A stretch of DNA of 59,341 nucleotides, counting the filler. It is 4 parts of 4 records of this genome, joined end to end, with 100 filler letters (N's around TTAATTAATTAA, not from the genome) between each part and the next. Parts side by side here need not be neighbours in the genome. Positions count along the whole stretch, not along the records: positions 28,612 to 45,156 come from DRR723986_10628; positions 45,257 to 59,341 come from DRR723986_10629; 2 more parts are not named here. One strand, 5' to 3'. The first letter of the stretch is position 1; every line of letters begins with the position of its first letter. The notes beneath the pieces are model-generated. The model was not told where the DNA came from. It did no database searches and worked only from the letters and a program-made list of their open reading frames with translations. The translations under genes and the position numbers were made by a program. Shown here in pieces: positions 39,512-48,596 of this stretch.

Positions 39512-42025
39512 ATGATCCATCATCAGTTCAGAGGCCTTATGGCCTTCATGATTGCGTGCCTGATGACGACAAGTTCGGCCGCGCAGGAAGATGTGGTTCA
39601 TCCTCTCATCGGTAACTACGATATTTACTGGCAGGGTCTGGACGGCATGCCGCCGGTTGTTCTGCGCGTTTATCGGGAGAAGGACGGCGAACTGGTTGCT
39701 GATCTCCACTCCACGGAACTTTCCTACGACTACATAAAAAAACCCGTGAAGACTGTTGGGGGCGGGTACGAGATTGACTGGGGATTGTATCTGAGCAGCG
39801 AACGCGGAAGCATCCTGACAAGCCGCCTTTCGACTGCAGACCATCGCACGGTTTTTGGCACTTACACTACAACGAAGGATGAGACGGGCACGGAAGTCTG
39901 GAGGCGGACAACGCCGCGTGTGGAGCAAGTGCAAAGCATGACGCATAACCAGCTGAATTCCTGGGGGATCTGGCGTGGTTTCTCCTACAAAGAGCGTTTC
40001 GATACCGGCCGTGAATTCGGCATCAGGCATCCGGTCGGCGGACCTGTCGTTCTGGGAACCAGCTTTACCGATGCGACCGAACTCCGGCAGATGCCGAAAG
40101 TGTTCCTGCTCCTTTACGGTCAGGACTTGTGGGGCCAGCAGGATGTTCGCGTTCCGGAAGGCTCCGGTCTCACCGTGTTCGAAAGCGACTGGTTAATCTG
40201 TAAACCGAAAGACGATAGCGGTACGTTTATCACAATGAGAGCGCGCGCCTGTTTGCAGGAGGACGGCATTCAGGGACGTGCGATCAGCCTCGCTGTTGGA
40301 CCGGACGCACGTTCGGGTCCACATCATTTGTTGTTTAATAACCAGATCATCCCCTTCCGGCTGGAAATAGCCGGTTATCCCGAAATCAATGATCCTGACC
40401 AGACGCAGATCCGTATCACCTCTCTGGAGGTGAGCCTCGAAGGCTCGAAGGATCGACTACTTGAAATGCGCAAGGCCCGAACCAGCGCGCAAAAGGCCTA
40501 TGAGTTGGCAGATGGATCAGTATCGCGGGCCAGGAAAGAGTGGGAGCGGCGATACTATGAGTTCCGCGAGGAAGCCTCGATACTGCGAGACGATCTTTCG
40601 GATGCGAAAGAGGCCGCGCAACGGGATATCGATGCCGGCCTGACGGAAAGCGATGCAATCGATGGATTGGTCGTCGCGCAAAACGATTTCGACCGTCGAA
40701 TGAGTCTCAGTGAGGGCCGCCTCCATGATGTGGCCGGCCAGCTGCGCAGGGCAATCGAAGAGGCCGACAGAGCGAGCGACATTTACTACCAGGCGCGCCA
40801 TGATCTCGTTCAAGCTGAGCGGCAAGGTGCGCGGGATGTCGTCCGCGTATCCCTCCTGCCAGGATTTTCTGCCCGCCATGATCCGGATTATATCAAGGCC
40901 CGCCGAAGCCTGGACGCCAATATTGCGCTGCTGGAAACCGCGGTGGAAAGAGCCGAAGAAGCGCGCGAGAAAGCCCGCAGGCAAATGTTGCTCGAAGACC
41001 AGATTGTTACACTCGAAATGGAAGACTTTGTTTTGAGCGGCGCCGCATCGACCCTGTCCCAACTCGCCGTAGAGGCTGTCGTTCAACTGGATGAGGGGAT
41101 TGATGCTGGTAAAGGCGGGCCTCAGGCCTTCCTGTTCTGGGCAGGCCAGCGCATGTACAAGAACATTTACGATCCTCCCAAGATTTATGAGCCCGATTTC
41201 GATTTGAAGTCCACGCCGCTGTCCGCTGCGGAAATTCTCAGCGAGTATGATCTGGAAGACAGAAAAGTACAGGAAAACGCGGCTCAGTACGCCAGCAAGG
41301 TGTACTGGGAAAAAGGATGGGTGGGGCTGGCGAAAGCCCGGTTCAAACAGGGACTGATCGAAGAGGACATGACCCGCTATATCCGGAACCGGGTTGGCAT
41401 GCCGGTTGACAGTGCGAACTACAAAAACATGTCGACCCTCATAGAGAAACAATATGAAGCCCTTCAGAAGGCTGACAAATCTTATCGCGCAAAGACCCTG
41501 CAGAGCGGCAAAGCGGCATTCGCCAGGGAATGGGGAAAAGACCTGGCGAAGGACTATCTGAAAAAGAACGCATCTGAAAAAGCAAAACAGCTGCTGTCGG
41601 AACTTTTCGAAGGCAAGGCGTGGGTGGACTATGCCGCCGCACAGGCAGACTTCTACAGCGCTGTGAGGCACTTCAGGTTCACAGGGCACGTCTACTGGAA
41701 AAACCGCGATATGCTGAATGGGCTGGAGGCCATGCGTGCTGCGCTTGACGATATCGAGGCACAGCAATCGTCGGGATGGGTGTATTCAAGCGATCCCATG
41801 TCGCTGAACGCCAACATGCCGGTCTATGTGTTCCTGGATGGAGTTCAGGCGCCGGATAGCGAAGGCATCGATCGAACCTATTATGATGCCCCGATGAAAG
41901 TATCCATCAACGGCATTACGCTCACGCGTCTGGCCGGGACGAACCATTTCCTTGTAACGGCAGGTGCCATCGAACAACTGAATTCGACAGATCTCGACCA
42001 TGCGGTCCTGACGGTGACGGAATAG
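39512..42025 (+). CDS. large secreted hypothetical protein with central coiled coil (837 aa)
   Basis: AGAGG SD, signal peptide SAA-Q, beta-rich N- and C-termini, long heptad-like helical middle. Confidence 0.8.
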   Translation: MIHHQFRGLMAFMIACLMTTSSAAQEDVVHPLIGNYDIYWQGLDGMPPVVLRVYREKDGELVADLHSTELSYDYIKKPVKTVGGGYEIDWGLYLSSERGSILTSRLSTADHRTVFGTYTTTKDETGTEVWRRTTPRVEQVQSMTHNQLNSWGIWRGFSYKERFDTGREFGIRHPVGGPVVLGTSFTDATELRQMPKVFLLLYGQDLWGQQDVRVPEGSGLTVFESDWLICKPKDDSGTFITMRARACLQEDGIQGRAISLAVGPDARSGPHHLLFNNQIIPFRLEIAGYPEINDPDQTQIRITSLEVSLEGSKDRLLEMRKARTSAQKAYELADGSVSRARKEWERRYYEFREEASILRDDLSDAKEAAQRDIDAGLTESDAIDGLVVAQNDFDRRMSLSEGRLHDVAGQLRRAIEEADRASDIYYQARHDLVQAERQGARDVVRVSLLPGFSARHDPDYIKARRSLDANIALLETAVERAEEAREKARRQMLLEDQIVTLEMEDFVLSGAASTLSQLAVEAVVQLDEGIDAGKGGPQAFLFWAGQRMYKNIYDPPKIYEPDFDLKSTPLSAAEILSEYDLEDRKVQENAAQYASKVYWEKGWVGLAKARFKQGLIEEDMTRYIRNRVGMPVDSANYKNMSTLIEKQYEALQKADKSYRAKTLQSGKAAFAREWGKDLAKDYLKKNASEKAKQLLSELFEGKAWVDYAAAQADFYSAVRHFRFTGHVYWKNRDMLNGLEAMRAALDDIEAQQSSGWVYSSDPMSLNANMPVYVFLDGVQAPDSEGIDRTYYDAPMKVSINGITLTRLAGTNHFLVTAGAIEQLNSTDLDHAVLTVTE

Positions 42026-42034
42026 ATCAGCCCT

Positions 42035-42454
42035 GTGCAGGAAGCGCCTGAGCAACCCAGAGTGTTCGTGGATTTGTCTGATCCATACCGGCCGGTTGTT
42101 TGCCATCCTGCCGCAGATCAGACTGTTCAGTTCGAAAGAGACCGGCAGTCCTGTCTTGCTGTCTTGCCAGCCGGGCACATTGAGATGGACGGCGATGCCA
42201 GCGTGGTTGCGCCGACGGACGGGACCACACCGACCGGGCAAATATTTGAATACTGGTTCGGTTACAATCCGGACTTACGCTTGCTGCTGTTGATCCAGAC
42301 GCCCGGAGAACCTTGGCAACTGGTGGAACTGGGACGCCCTGCAAGCGCCGTGTATGAGTTTGACGAGTATGAGATTGCCCGCATTGCCTTGTGGGAGGCG
42401 GGGTGGAGACTTGTGTTTGACCTCGACGCAGCAGACCGGAACTCAAACCCTTAG
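42035..42454 (+). CDS. hypothetical protein (139 aa)
   Basis: ORF 9 nt after the large gene; acidic and aromatic-rich. Confidence 0.6.
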   Translation: MQEAPEQPRVFVDLSDPYRPVVCHPAADQTVQFERDRQSCLAVLPAGHIEMDGDASVVAPTDGTTPTGQIFEYWFGYNPDLRLLLLIQTPGEPWQLVELGRPASAVYEFDEYEIARIALWEAGWRLVFDLDAADRNSNP

Positions 42455-42505
42455 AAAACGGCTTTGCATTATCTTTGTGGTCCAAGAGGGAGACTGACCC
42501 CATCC

Positions 42506-42613
42506 CGGTCCTTCATGGCCAGGCCATGGGCGAGAGTTAGGGGGAGCTGATTTCTGTCATGCCCGCACTTGGCGCGGCAAGCGCAGACGTCAATTTGCCG
42601 TTGGGGGCAGGGG
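42506..42613. repeat. direct repeat copy 2 (degenerate OYE 5' end remnant)
   Basis: Minus strand reads MTEISSPLTLAHGLAMK versus MTSLFDPLTLAHGPAMK in the intact gene. Confidence 0.88.
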
Positions 42614-42614
42614 A

Positions 42615-43121
42615 CTAGCGGACGGAGTTCAGCGCGGCGCCAAGCGCGGCCCGGTTCTGTTGGTCGATGACAGCGAAAACGATGTCGGCATCGCGGGCCG
42701 CCGGGTGACGGGCACAGATGGTGATGGCGATATGGGCGGCCTGAGCAGCCGGGTAGCCATAGGCCCCGGTCGAGATGGCCGGGAAAACGATCCGGCTGAG
42801 GCCGCGCTGGCTGAGCTCCGTCAGGCAGTTGCGGTAGCAGTTCGCCAGAATGTCCGCCTCACCATTCTGCCCGCCATGCCAGATCGGCCCGACCGTGTGG
42901 AAGATGAGCCGCGGGGCGAGACCGAAACCCTCCGTCACGCGCACCTCACCTGGCGGGCATGGGGCGAGCGGCCGGCAGGCTTCCTTCAGCGCGAGCCCTG
43001 CGGCGCGGTGGATTGCGCCATCAACACCTCCTCCGCCCATCAAGGAGGGATTGGCGGCATTGACGATCACGTCCGTGTCTATGTCGAGCAGGCTGCCGGG
43101 ATAGAGGACGAGGCGGGGCAT
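42615..43121 (-). CDS. macrodomain protein (O-acetyl-ADP-ribose deacetylase, YmdB-like)
   Basis: IVNAANPSLMGGGGVDGAIHRAAG, HTVGP, FPAISTGAYGYP. Confidence 0.95.
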   Translation of the reverse strand: MPRLVLYPGSLLDIDTDVIVNAANPSLMGGGGVDGAIHRAAGLALKEACRPLAPCPPGEVRVTEGFGLAPRLIFHTVGPIWHGGQNGEADILANCYRNCLTELSQRGLSRIVFPAISTGAYGYPAAQAAHIAITICARHPAARDADIVFAVIDQQNRAALGAALNSVR

Positions 43122-44443
43122 CAGATATCGGCGATATCAGCGCCCAGCGTCGCCATATGGGCCAGGAATTCCGGATACGATGTATCGATCATGGAGATGT
43201 CGTCGACGCTGACGGGGGTCTGCGCTGCGGTGCCCATGACGAGGGCGCTCATGGCGATGCGGTGGTCGTGATGGGTTTCGACGAGGCCGCCGCCCGGCAC
43301 CTTGCCGGCGCAGCCCTGCACGATGAAGCCGTCCGGCGTCTCTTCTGCCTCGACGCCATTGGCGCGCAGCATGGCGACGGTGGCGCCGATGCGGTCTGAC
43401 TCTTTCACGCGCAGTTCTTCCGCGCCTGAGACAACGGTCTCGCCCTCGGCAAAGGCGGCGAGGACGGCAAGGATCGGAAATTCATCGATCATGGCGGGGA
43501 CATAGCGCTCCGGCACGTGAATGCCTTCGAGGTGCGCATAGCCGGACGCGATGTTGATCTGGCGCTCGCCGGCGGCTTCGCCGGCCTCCTCGGCGCCCAG
43601 ATGCGCGCCCATCAGGTTTGCGACATCGTAGAAGCCGGACCGGGTCGGGTTCGACATGACGCCATCGATCTGGACGTCGCTGGCTGGGGAGAGGATGCCC
43701 GCCGCCACCAGGAAGGCGGCAGAGGAGGGATCGCCCGGGATCGCCGCTTCGATGGCGCGCAGCATCTGGCCGCCCGGAACGGAGATGCGCGTGGGCTCGC
43801 CGGGCTTGCGTTCGACGCCGACTTCGGCGCCGAAGCCGAGCAGCATGCGCTCGGTATGGTCACGGGTCGGTTTGGCCTCTTCCACAATGGTCGTGCCGCT
43901 GGCCGAAAGGCCCGCCAGCATGATGGCGGACTTCACCTGCGCGGAGGCTTGCGGCGGCGCGTAAGTGATCGCCTGCAGGTTTTTGGAGCCGGTCAGCGAG
44001 AAGGGCAGGCGTCCGTCCGGGCCTGCCGTGTCCTTCAGGCCCATCTGGCGCAGCGGGGTGAGGATCCGGTTCATCGGGCGCGAGCAGAGGCTCTTGTCGC
44101 CGGTCAGCTCTGCGGTCAGGTCATGACCCGCCATCACGCCCATCATCAGGCGCGAGCCCGTGCCGGAGTTTCCGAAGTCGAGGATGCCTGCCGGAGAAGA
44201 AAGGCCTTTCGCCCCAACGCCGGTTACTTCCCACGCCCCGCCACCAAGGCGTTTCACGTCCGCGCCAAGGGCCGACATGGCCGCCCCGGTGCGCAAAACA
44301 TCTTCGCCTTCCAGCATGCCGGTGAAGTGGCTGGTGCCCTCTGCGAGCCCTCCGAAAATCAGGGCGCGGTGGCTGCAGGATTTGTCCCCGGGGGCCCGGA
44401 CGGCGCCTTTAAGGGATTTGACGGGACGGCTGGTCCAGACCAT
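43121..44443 (-). CDS. aroA: 3-phosphoshikimate 1-carboxyvinyltransferase (class II)
   Basis: PGDKSCSHR, DFGNSGTG, SAQVKSA, RDHTERML, ELRVKESDR, DHRIAMS. Confidence 0.97.
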   Translation of the reverse strand: MVWTSRPVKSLKGAVRAPGDKSCSHRALIFGGLAEGTSHFTGMLEGEDVLRTGAAMSALGADVKRLGGGAWEVTGVGAKGLSSPAGILDFGNSGTGSRLMMGVMAGHDLTAELTGDKSLCSRPMNRILTPLRQMGLKDTAGPDGRLPFSLTGSKNLQAITYAPPQASAQVKSAIMLAGLSASGTTIVEEAKPTRDHTERMLLGFGAEVGVERKPGEPTRISVPGGQMLRAIEAAIPGDPSSAAFLVAAGILSPASDVQIDGVMSNPTRSGFYDVANLMGAHLGAEEAGEAAGERQINIASGYAHLEGIHVPERYVPAMIDEFPILAVLAAFAEGETVVSGAEELRVKESDRIGATVAMLRANGVEAEETPDGFIVQGCAGKVPGGGLVETHHDHRIAMSALVMGTAAQTPVSVDDISMIDTSYPEFLAHMATLGADIADI

Positions 44444-44556
44444 GAAGAATTCCGAGCTGAATTTTTGCGTGAATTGGGGCTTTGACAGCGCGCGACGTTC
44501 ATGGCAAGCGCCGCCCAGATCAAAATCCAGAAATCCAACGAGGAGGCGTGTCGCCC

Positions 44557-45072
44557 GTGTCGAAAGACAAGCTTGGAACCAAACAGGTTTGCCCATCCTG
44601 CGAAGCCCGTTTCTACGACCTCAACAAACGCCCGGCCGTGTGCCCGAAATGCGGTGAGGAATTCGATCCGGAAGACGAGGTCATCCGCACCACCATCACC
44701 AAGGTGAAGGCCAAGGCTGCCCGCGCTGCGGTCAAGGCCGAGGACGATGACGAGGATGACGACGAGGAAGACGAGAAGGTCACGGCCGCCCGCGACGACG
44801 ACGATTCTGACGATGAGGATGAAGGCGACGACGAAGAAGAAGCCAAGGAACTCGGCGACGACGACGAAGTGATCCTCGAAGGCAGCGACGACGAGGAAGA
44901 CGACGAGTCTGGCAAGAAAGTCCCGGCCGGCTTCACCGAAGATGGCGTTGACGATGATGACGATGACGACATCATCCTGCCGGATGACGACGACGACGAT
45001 TTCGAAATCGACGACGATGCCGACGATGACGACGATCTCACCCTCGATGATGACGCGGAAGATGAGAAATAG
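44557..45072 (+). CDS. FYDLN acid-domain protein (TIGR02300 family)
   Basis: LGTKQVCPSCEARFYDLNKRPAVCPKCG zinc ribbon plus Asp/Glu-rich tail; AGGAGG SD. Confidence 0.93.
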   Translation: MSKDKLGTKQVCPSCEARFYDLNKRPAVCPKCGEEFDPEDEVIRTTITKVKAKAARAAVKAEDDDEDDDEEDEKVTAARDDDDSDDEDEGDDEEEAKELGDDDEVILEGSDDEEDDESGKKVPAGFTEDGVDDDDDDDIILPDDDDDDFEIDDDADDDDDLTLDDDAEDEK

Positions 45073-45119
45073 ACTTGAAAGCCGGAAGAGGGGGGGATAA
45101 ACCCCGCTCTTCCCGGTCC

Positions 45120-45156
45120 GGGGCCATAGCTCAGTTGGGAGAGCGCTTGCATGGCA
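45120..45156 (+). tRNA. tRNA-Ala(GGC), 5' half (cut at contig end)
   Basis: GGGGCCATAGCTCAGTTGGGAGAGCGCTTGCATGGCA; D-arm and GGC anticodon visible. Confidence 0.92.
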
Positions 45157-45256
45157 NNNNNNNNNNNNNNNNNNNNNNNNNNNNNNNNNNNNNNNNNNNN
45201 TTAATTAATTAANNNNNNNNNNNNNNNNNNNNNNNNNNNNNNNNNNNNNNNNNNNN
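45157..45256. other. artificial contig spacer
   Basis: Same 100-nt linker. Confidence 0.99.
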
Positions 45257-45418
45257 CATCCAGTCAGCCGCTGTCGCCATGCCATTCACCACCGGATGGA
45301 TACCGCCACCCGCAATATAAAACTCTTTAGTTGATCCCACACGGGACCAAACGGCTATGCCAATATACAGCGCAAAAGACGCGCCAACGAAAAGATAAAT
45401 AAGGGTTTGGGTTTCCAT
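45257..45418 (-). CDS. sodium:solute symporter (ActP-like), N-terminal fragment
   Basis: [23 protein letters not shown]. Confidence 0.9.
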
Positions 45419-45422
45419 AGGC

Positions 45423-45713
45423 TTAATCCTCAACCCCAAATTCTCGGTCTATTTTGTGCATGCGGTGCGAGTAAACAAAAATCAGGGCAATGAATACGTA
45501 AATGGAGCCTTGCTGAGCAAACCAGAAACCAAGTTTATAGCCAAAGAATTGATACTGATCGAGGAAAGGCTGGAGCAAAATACCAAAGCCAAACGAGACA
45601 ACAAACCAAACAACCAGCAACTTGCCCAATAGCTTGAGATTGGCGCGCCAATATGCTTTTGCATTCGTCTGTGCGCTTTCCGCTGCACCTGCTTCTGTTG
45701 GTTGATCCGTCAT
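45423..45713 (-). CDS. DUF4212 solute:sodium symporter small subunit
   Basis: [31 protein letters not shown]; adjacent to the SSS gene. Confidence 0.92.
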   Translation of the reverse strand: MTDQPTEAGAAESAQTNAKAYWRANLKLLGKLLVVWFVVSFGFGILLQPFLDQYQFFGYKLGFWFAQQGSIYVFIALIFVYSHRMHKIDREFGVED

Positions 45714-45878
45714 TCTTGCCCCCTAAAACCGAACAGCGACTGTCCCACACAATCTTTGCGATGAGAACAATAGGAAGCCATAGCCTTTGATGCAAACAGG
45801 ATGTTGCGAAAAATCAGCGATTGCTCAACCACCGCTATGTGCTTAGGCTTGATACATACAATTTGACGGGGAAATTAA

Positions 45879-47411
45879 ATGACCACTTTGTGCCTTAATC
45901 GAGCAGAAATTTCACGTGAAACATTTGATGCAGCTGCGCGCAAAACAGCAAGCGTTTTATCAAACAACGGTGTAACAGAAGACACCGCCATTGCCGTGTT
46001 AATGCGAAATGATATTCAGTGTCTGGAGGTTGTAGAGGCCTGTCATTTCGTTGGCGCACGGTATGTCATGCTCAACTGGCACGCCACCACCAAGGAAATT
46101 GCCCATATTATTGATGACTCTGAGGCCTTAATTTTATTGGCCCATAAAGACCTTCTGGCACCGTTAGACCTTGCCGCCCTTGGTTCAACGCCCATTCTCA
46201 GCATTGATGTGCCTACGGAAGTTTCCGAAGCCTATCCTTCGAAAGAAACGGTTGAACTACCCGCCACAATTAAGAATTTGGACGAATTGAAAAACACCGT
46301 TCAGCCCTGGACCGAAGACCCGCTTCGGTTTCGCGGGTTATTTGCCTACACCTCCGGCAGTACTGGCATGCCAAAAGGTATTAAACGCAACACGGACCCT
46401 AACGGACCCGACCAATATATGGTGTACGCCGGGCTTGCCCGCGACCTGATGCAAGCCCAGCCGGGCGCCAAATTCATGGTTGCAGCACCGCTGTATCATA
46501 GTGCGCCGCATGCGCTGTCTATGTTCGCGGTGGCTTGCGGCTATATGGACGTGGTGATTGCTGCCAAGTTTGATGCCATCGAGTTTTTGGAATTATTGGA
46601 ATTCCATAAAATCACTCATGTGTATATTGTGCCAACCATGATGATCCGCCTGTTGAAATTGCCGCAGGGCGTTCGCGACCAATATGACCTTTCCGCATTG
46701 AAGTTTGCAGTTTCAACCGGCTCACCTTGGCCAACTGACGTTAAGAACGCCATGATAGACTGGCTGGGGCCAATATTTTATGAAAGCTACGGTGCCAGCG
46801 AAATTGGCTTTATGACCCTGATAAGCTCACAGGAGGCAATAGAAAAACCTGGTTCTGTTGGCAAAATATTACCTGGCGGCTCGATCAAAATTCTCAACGA
46901 TGATATGAGCGAATGCCCCACTGGCGAGGTAGGCACGATATATGTTCATTTGCCCATTTTCGGTGACTTTAACTACAGCAATGCTGAAGGCTCTCTTGCA
47001 GATCAACGCTATCAAGGCCACGCAACGGTGGGTGACATGGGGCACTTGGATGAAGACGGATACTTGTTCATTGGCGACCGCAAGAAAGATATGATCATAT
47101 CAGGAGGGGCCAACATTTTCCCGGCAGAAATTGAGGCTGAATTGATCAAAATGCCTCAGATTTCAGACTGTGCAGTTTTTGGTGCGCCTGACCCAGAATT
47201 CGGCGAAAAAATTGTTGCTGCCGTTCAGTGTGCGGAAGGCGTCAGCGTTACGCTTGATGAAGTGCGAAGCTATCTCACCCCTTTGCTTGCCAAATTTAAG
47301 ATACCCCGAAAACTCGATGTTCATGACGCACTACCACGAGAAGACAGCGGCAAAATTTTCAAGAAACGCCTGAGAGACCCTTACTGGGAAAACCGGGACA
47401 AAAAGATTTAA
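45879..47411 (+). CDS. acyl-CoA synthetase (AMP-binding)
   Basis: YTSGSTGMPKG, YGASE, GDMGHLDEDGYL, DRKKDMIISGG, SGKIFK. Confidence 0.94.
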   Translation: MTTLCLNRAEISRETFDAAARKTASVLSNNGVTEDTAIAVLMRNDIQCLEVVEACHFVGARYVMLNWHATTKEIAHIIDDSEALILLAHKDLLAPLDLAALGSTPILSIDVPTEVSEAYPSKETVELPATIKNLDELKNTVQPWTEDPLRFRGLFAYTSGSTGMPKGIKRNTDPNGPDQYMVYAGLARDLMQAQPGAKFMVAAPLYHSAPHALSMFAVACGYMDVVIAAKFDAIEFLELLEFHKITHVYIVPTMMIRLLKLPQGVRDQYDLSALKFAVSTGSPWPTDVKNAMIDWLGPIFYESYGASEIGFMTLISSQEAIEKPGSVGKILPGGSIKILNDDMSECPTGEVGTIYVHLPIFGDFNYSNAEGSLADQRYQGHATVGDMGHLDEDGYLFIGDRKKDMIISGGANIFPAEIEAELIKMPQISDCAVFGAPDPEFGEKIVAAVQCAEGVSVTLDEVRSYLTPLLAKFKIPRKLDVHDALPREDSGKIFKKRLRDPYWENRDKKI

Positions 47412-47426
47412 ACTGCGCCGCACGAC

Positions 47427-48596
47427 TTAGGCAAGCAAGCCGCGATTCTTATCCAATGCCTGCAAAACCGCATCAATATCTTGCTCGTTGTTGTATAGAT
47501 GCGCTGAAATTCGTAGGTTTCCATCCCGGCAAGACGTTATAATGCCGTCTTCCTCAAGAGCCGCGACAAGAGCGTTTTCATCAATTGACTTAATGGTGAT
47601 CATAGCACCGTGCCAAGCAGCATCGTCTGGGCTTGAGCATCTGCCTTGAAGGCCTCGCACACCTTTTTTCAACCGATCATTCAAGCCTAAAACATGCTTT
47701 TGAACTTCGATTAAATTTGCTTCCTTAATAAGGTCCATGCCCGCAATGCCAACCATAATGTTAACGTTAGAAGGCGTGCCAGCATCAAAACGCCGAGCGG
47801 AATTAGAGAAGTCATTTCTGCTGTGGTCCATGGCAAAAATATCGGACTGTGCAAACCAGCCGGTGACCAACGGACTAATTTTCTCAATCAATGGCTGCCG
47901 CACATACATGAAGCAAAGCCCGGATGTGGCCAGCATGTATTTGCTCGCACCGCCAATATAAATATCAAGGTCTAAAGCTTTCACATCCAGCGGTTCGGTG
48001 CCCAAGCACTGAAAGCCATCAATTACTGCAATCGCGCCCGCATCCCGGGCAGCGGCTGTCACTGCTGCAATATCTTGCTTAAAACCATTGCGATAGCAAA
48101 CATGGGTTGCCGCCACTACCGCTGTTTTCTCGGAAAGTTGCGCCGCAATATCTTCGGGCAAAACAAACCCGCTTTGCCCCGCCTTCACAATGCGGGCGCG
48201 TGCACCGCGCGCTTCTTGCGCAAACCAGTTTTCTCCGGATGTTGGAAACTCAAAATCGGTTATCAACACTTCATCCCGGCCTTGGTCAAACCGAATGCCG
48301 GTAGCCACCGAACCAATTGCCTGCGATGCCGATGTGGTGATGGCCACCTCGTCAGGGCTGGCGTTAATTTGCGCTGCAAACTGTGCACGCGCCTGTTCCA
48401 GTTTTTCAACAAACATTGGCCACGGCGAACCCTGCGTTTCACGCACATCAAGGTAGCTAGCAAATGCCGCCCTCACACGGTTTGAAAGCGCACCATAGGA
48501 GCAACTGTTAATATAGATTTTGTCCTGAAATATAGGAAACTCATCCCGCAAGGCAGGCAGATTATATGAGGGTATGGACGGCGTTTTATTTTTCAC
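47427..48596 (-). CDS. class V PLP-dependent enzyme (cysteine/selenocysteine lyase- or kynureninase-like)
   Basis: LRDEFP, YINSCSYG, DGFQCLG, ASKY (PLP Lys), LRISAHLYN; AGGAGG SD. Confidence 0.88.
   Translation of the reverse strand: MKNKTPSIPSYNLPALRDEFPIFQDKIYINSCSYGALSNRVRAAFASYLDVRETQGSPWPMFVEKLEQARAQFAAQINASPDEVAITTSASQAIGSVATGIRFDQGRDEVLITDFEFPTSGENWFAQEARGARARIVKAGQSGFVLPEDIAAQLSEKTAVVAATHVCYRNGFKQDIAAVTAAARDAGAIAVIDGFQCLGTEPLDVKALDLDIYIGGASKYMLATSGLCFMYVRQPLIEKISPLVTGWFAQSDIFAMDHSRNDFSNSARRFDAGTPSNVNIMVGIAGMDLIKEANLIEVQKHVLGLNDRLKKGVRGLQGRCSSPDDAAWHGAMITIKSIDENALVAALEEDGIITSCRDGNLRISAHLYNNEQDIDAVLQALDKNRGLLA

Noticed and set aside
1158..44596. Long antisense or alternate-frame ORFs (e.g. 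7937-9064, 35380-36336, 40517-41767) and upstream-extended starts (1158, 19028, 44596)
   Set aside because: Shadow ORFs from high-GC codon bias opposite well-supported genes, with no recognisable motifs
44740..45069. GAC/GAT/GAA-rich low-complexity tract and antisense poly-Ser ORF
   Set aside because: This is the normal acidic tail of the FYDLN-acid family; the antisense ORF is a shadow
1..45156. 3' part of tRNA-Ala at the window start and 5' half at 45120-45156, as a split tRNA or attL/attR pair
   Set aside because: They are on different contigs and the acceptor stems differ (GGGGCCA does not pair with TAGCTCC, which needs GGGGCTA); assemblies often break at tRNAs
12672..45256. Three identical TTAATTAATTAA elements within N-runs and abrupt composition shifts, suggesting repeats or genomic islands
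   Set aside because: They are artificial six-frame-stop spacers joining contigs from different organisms; nothing can be inferred across them
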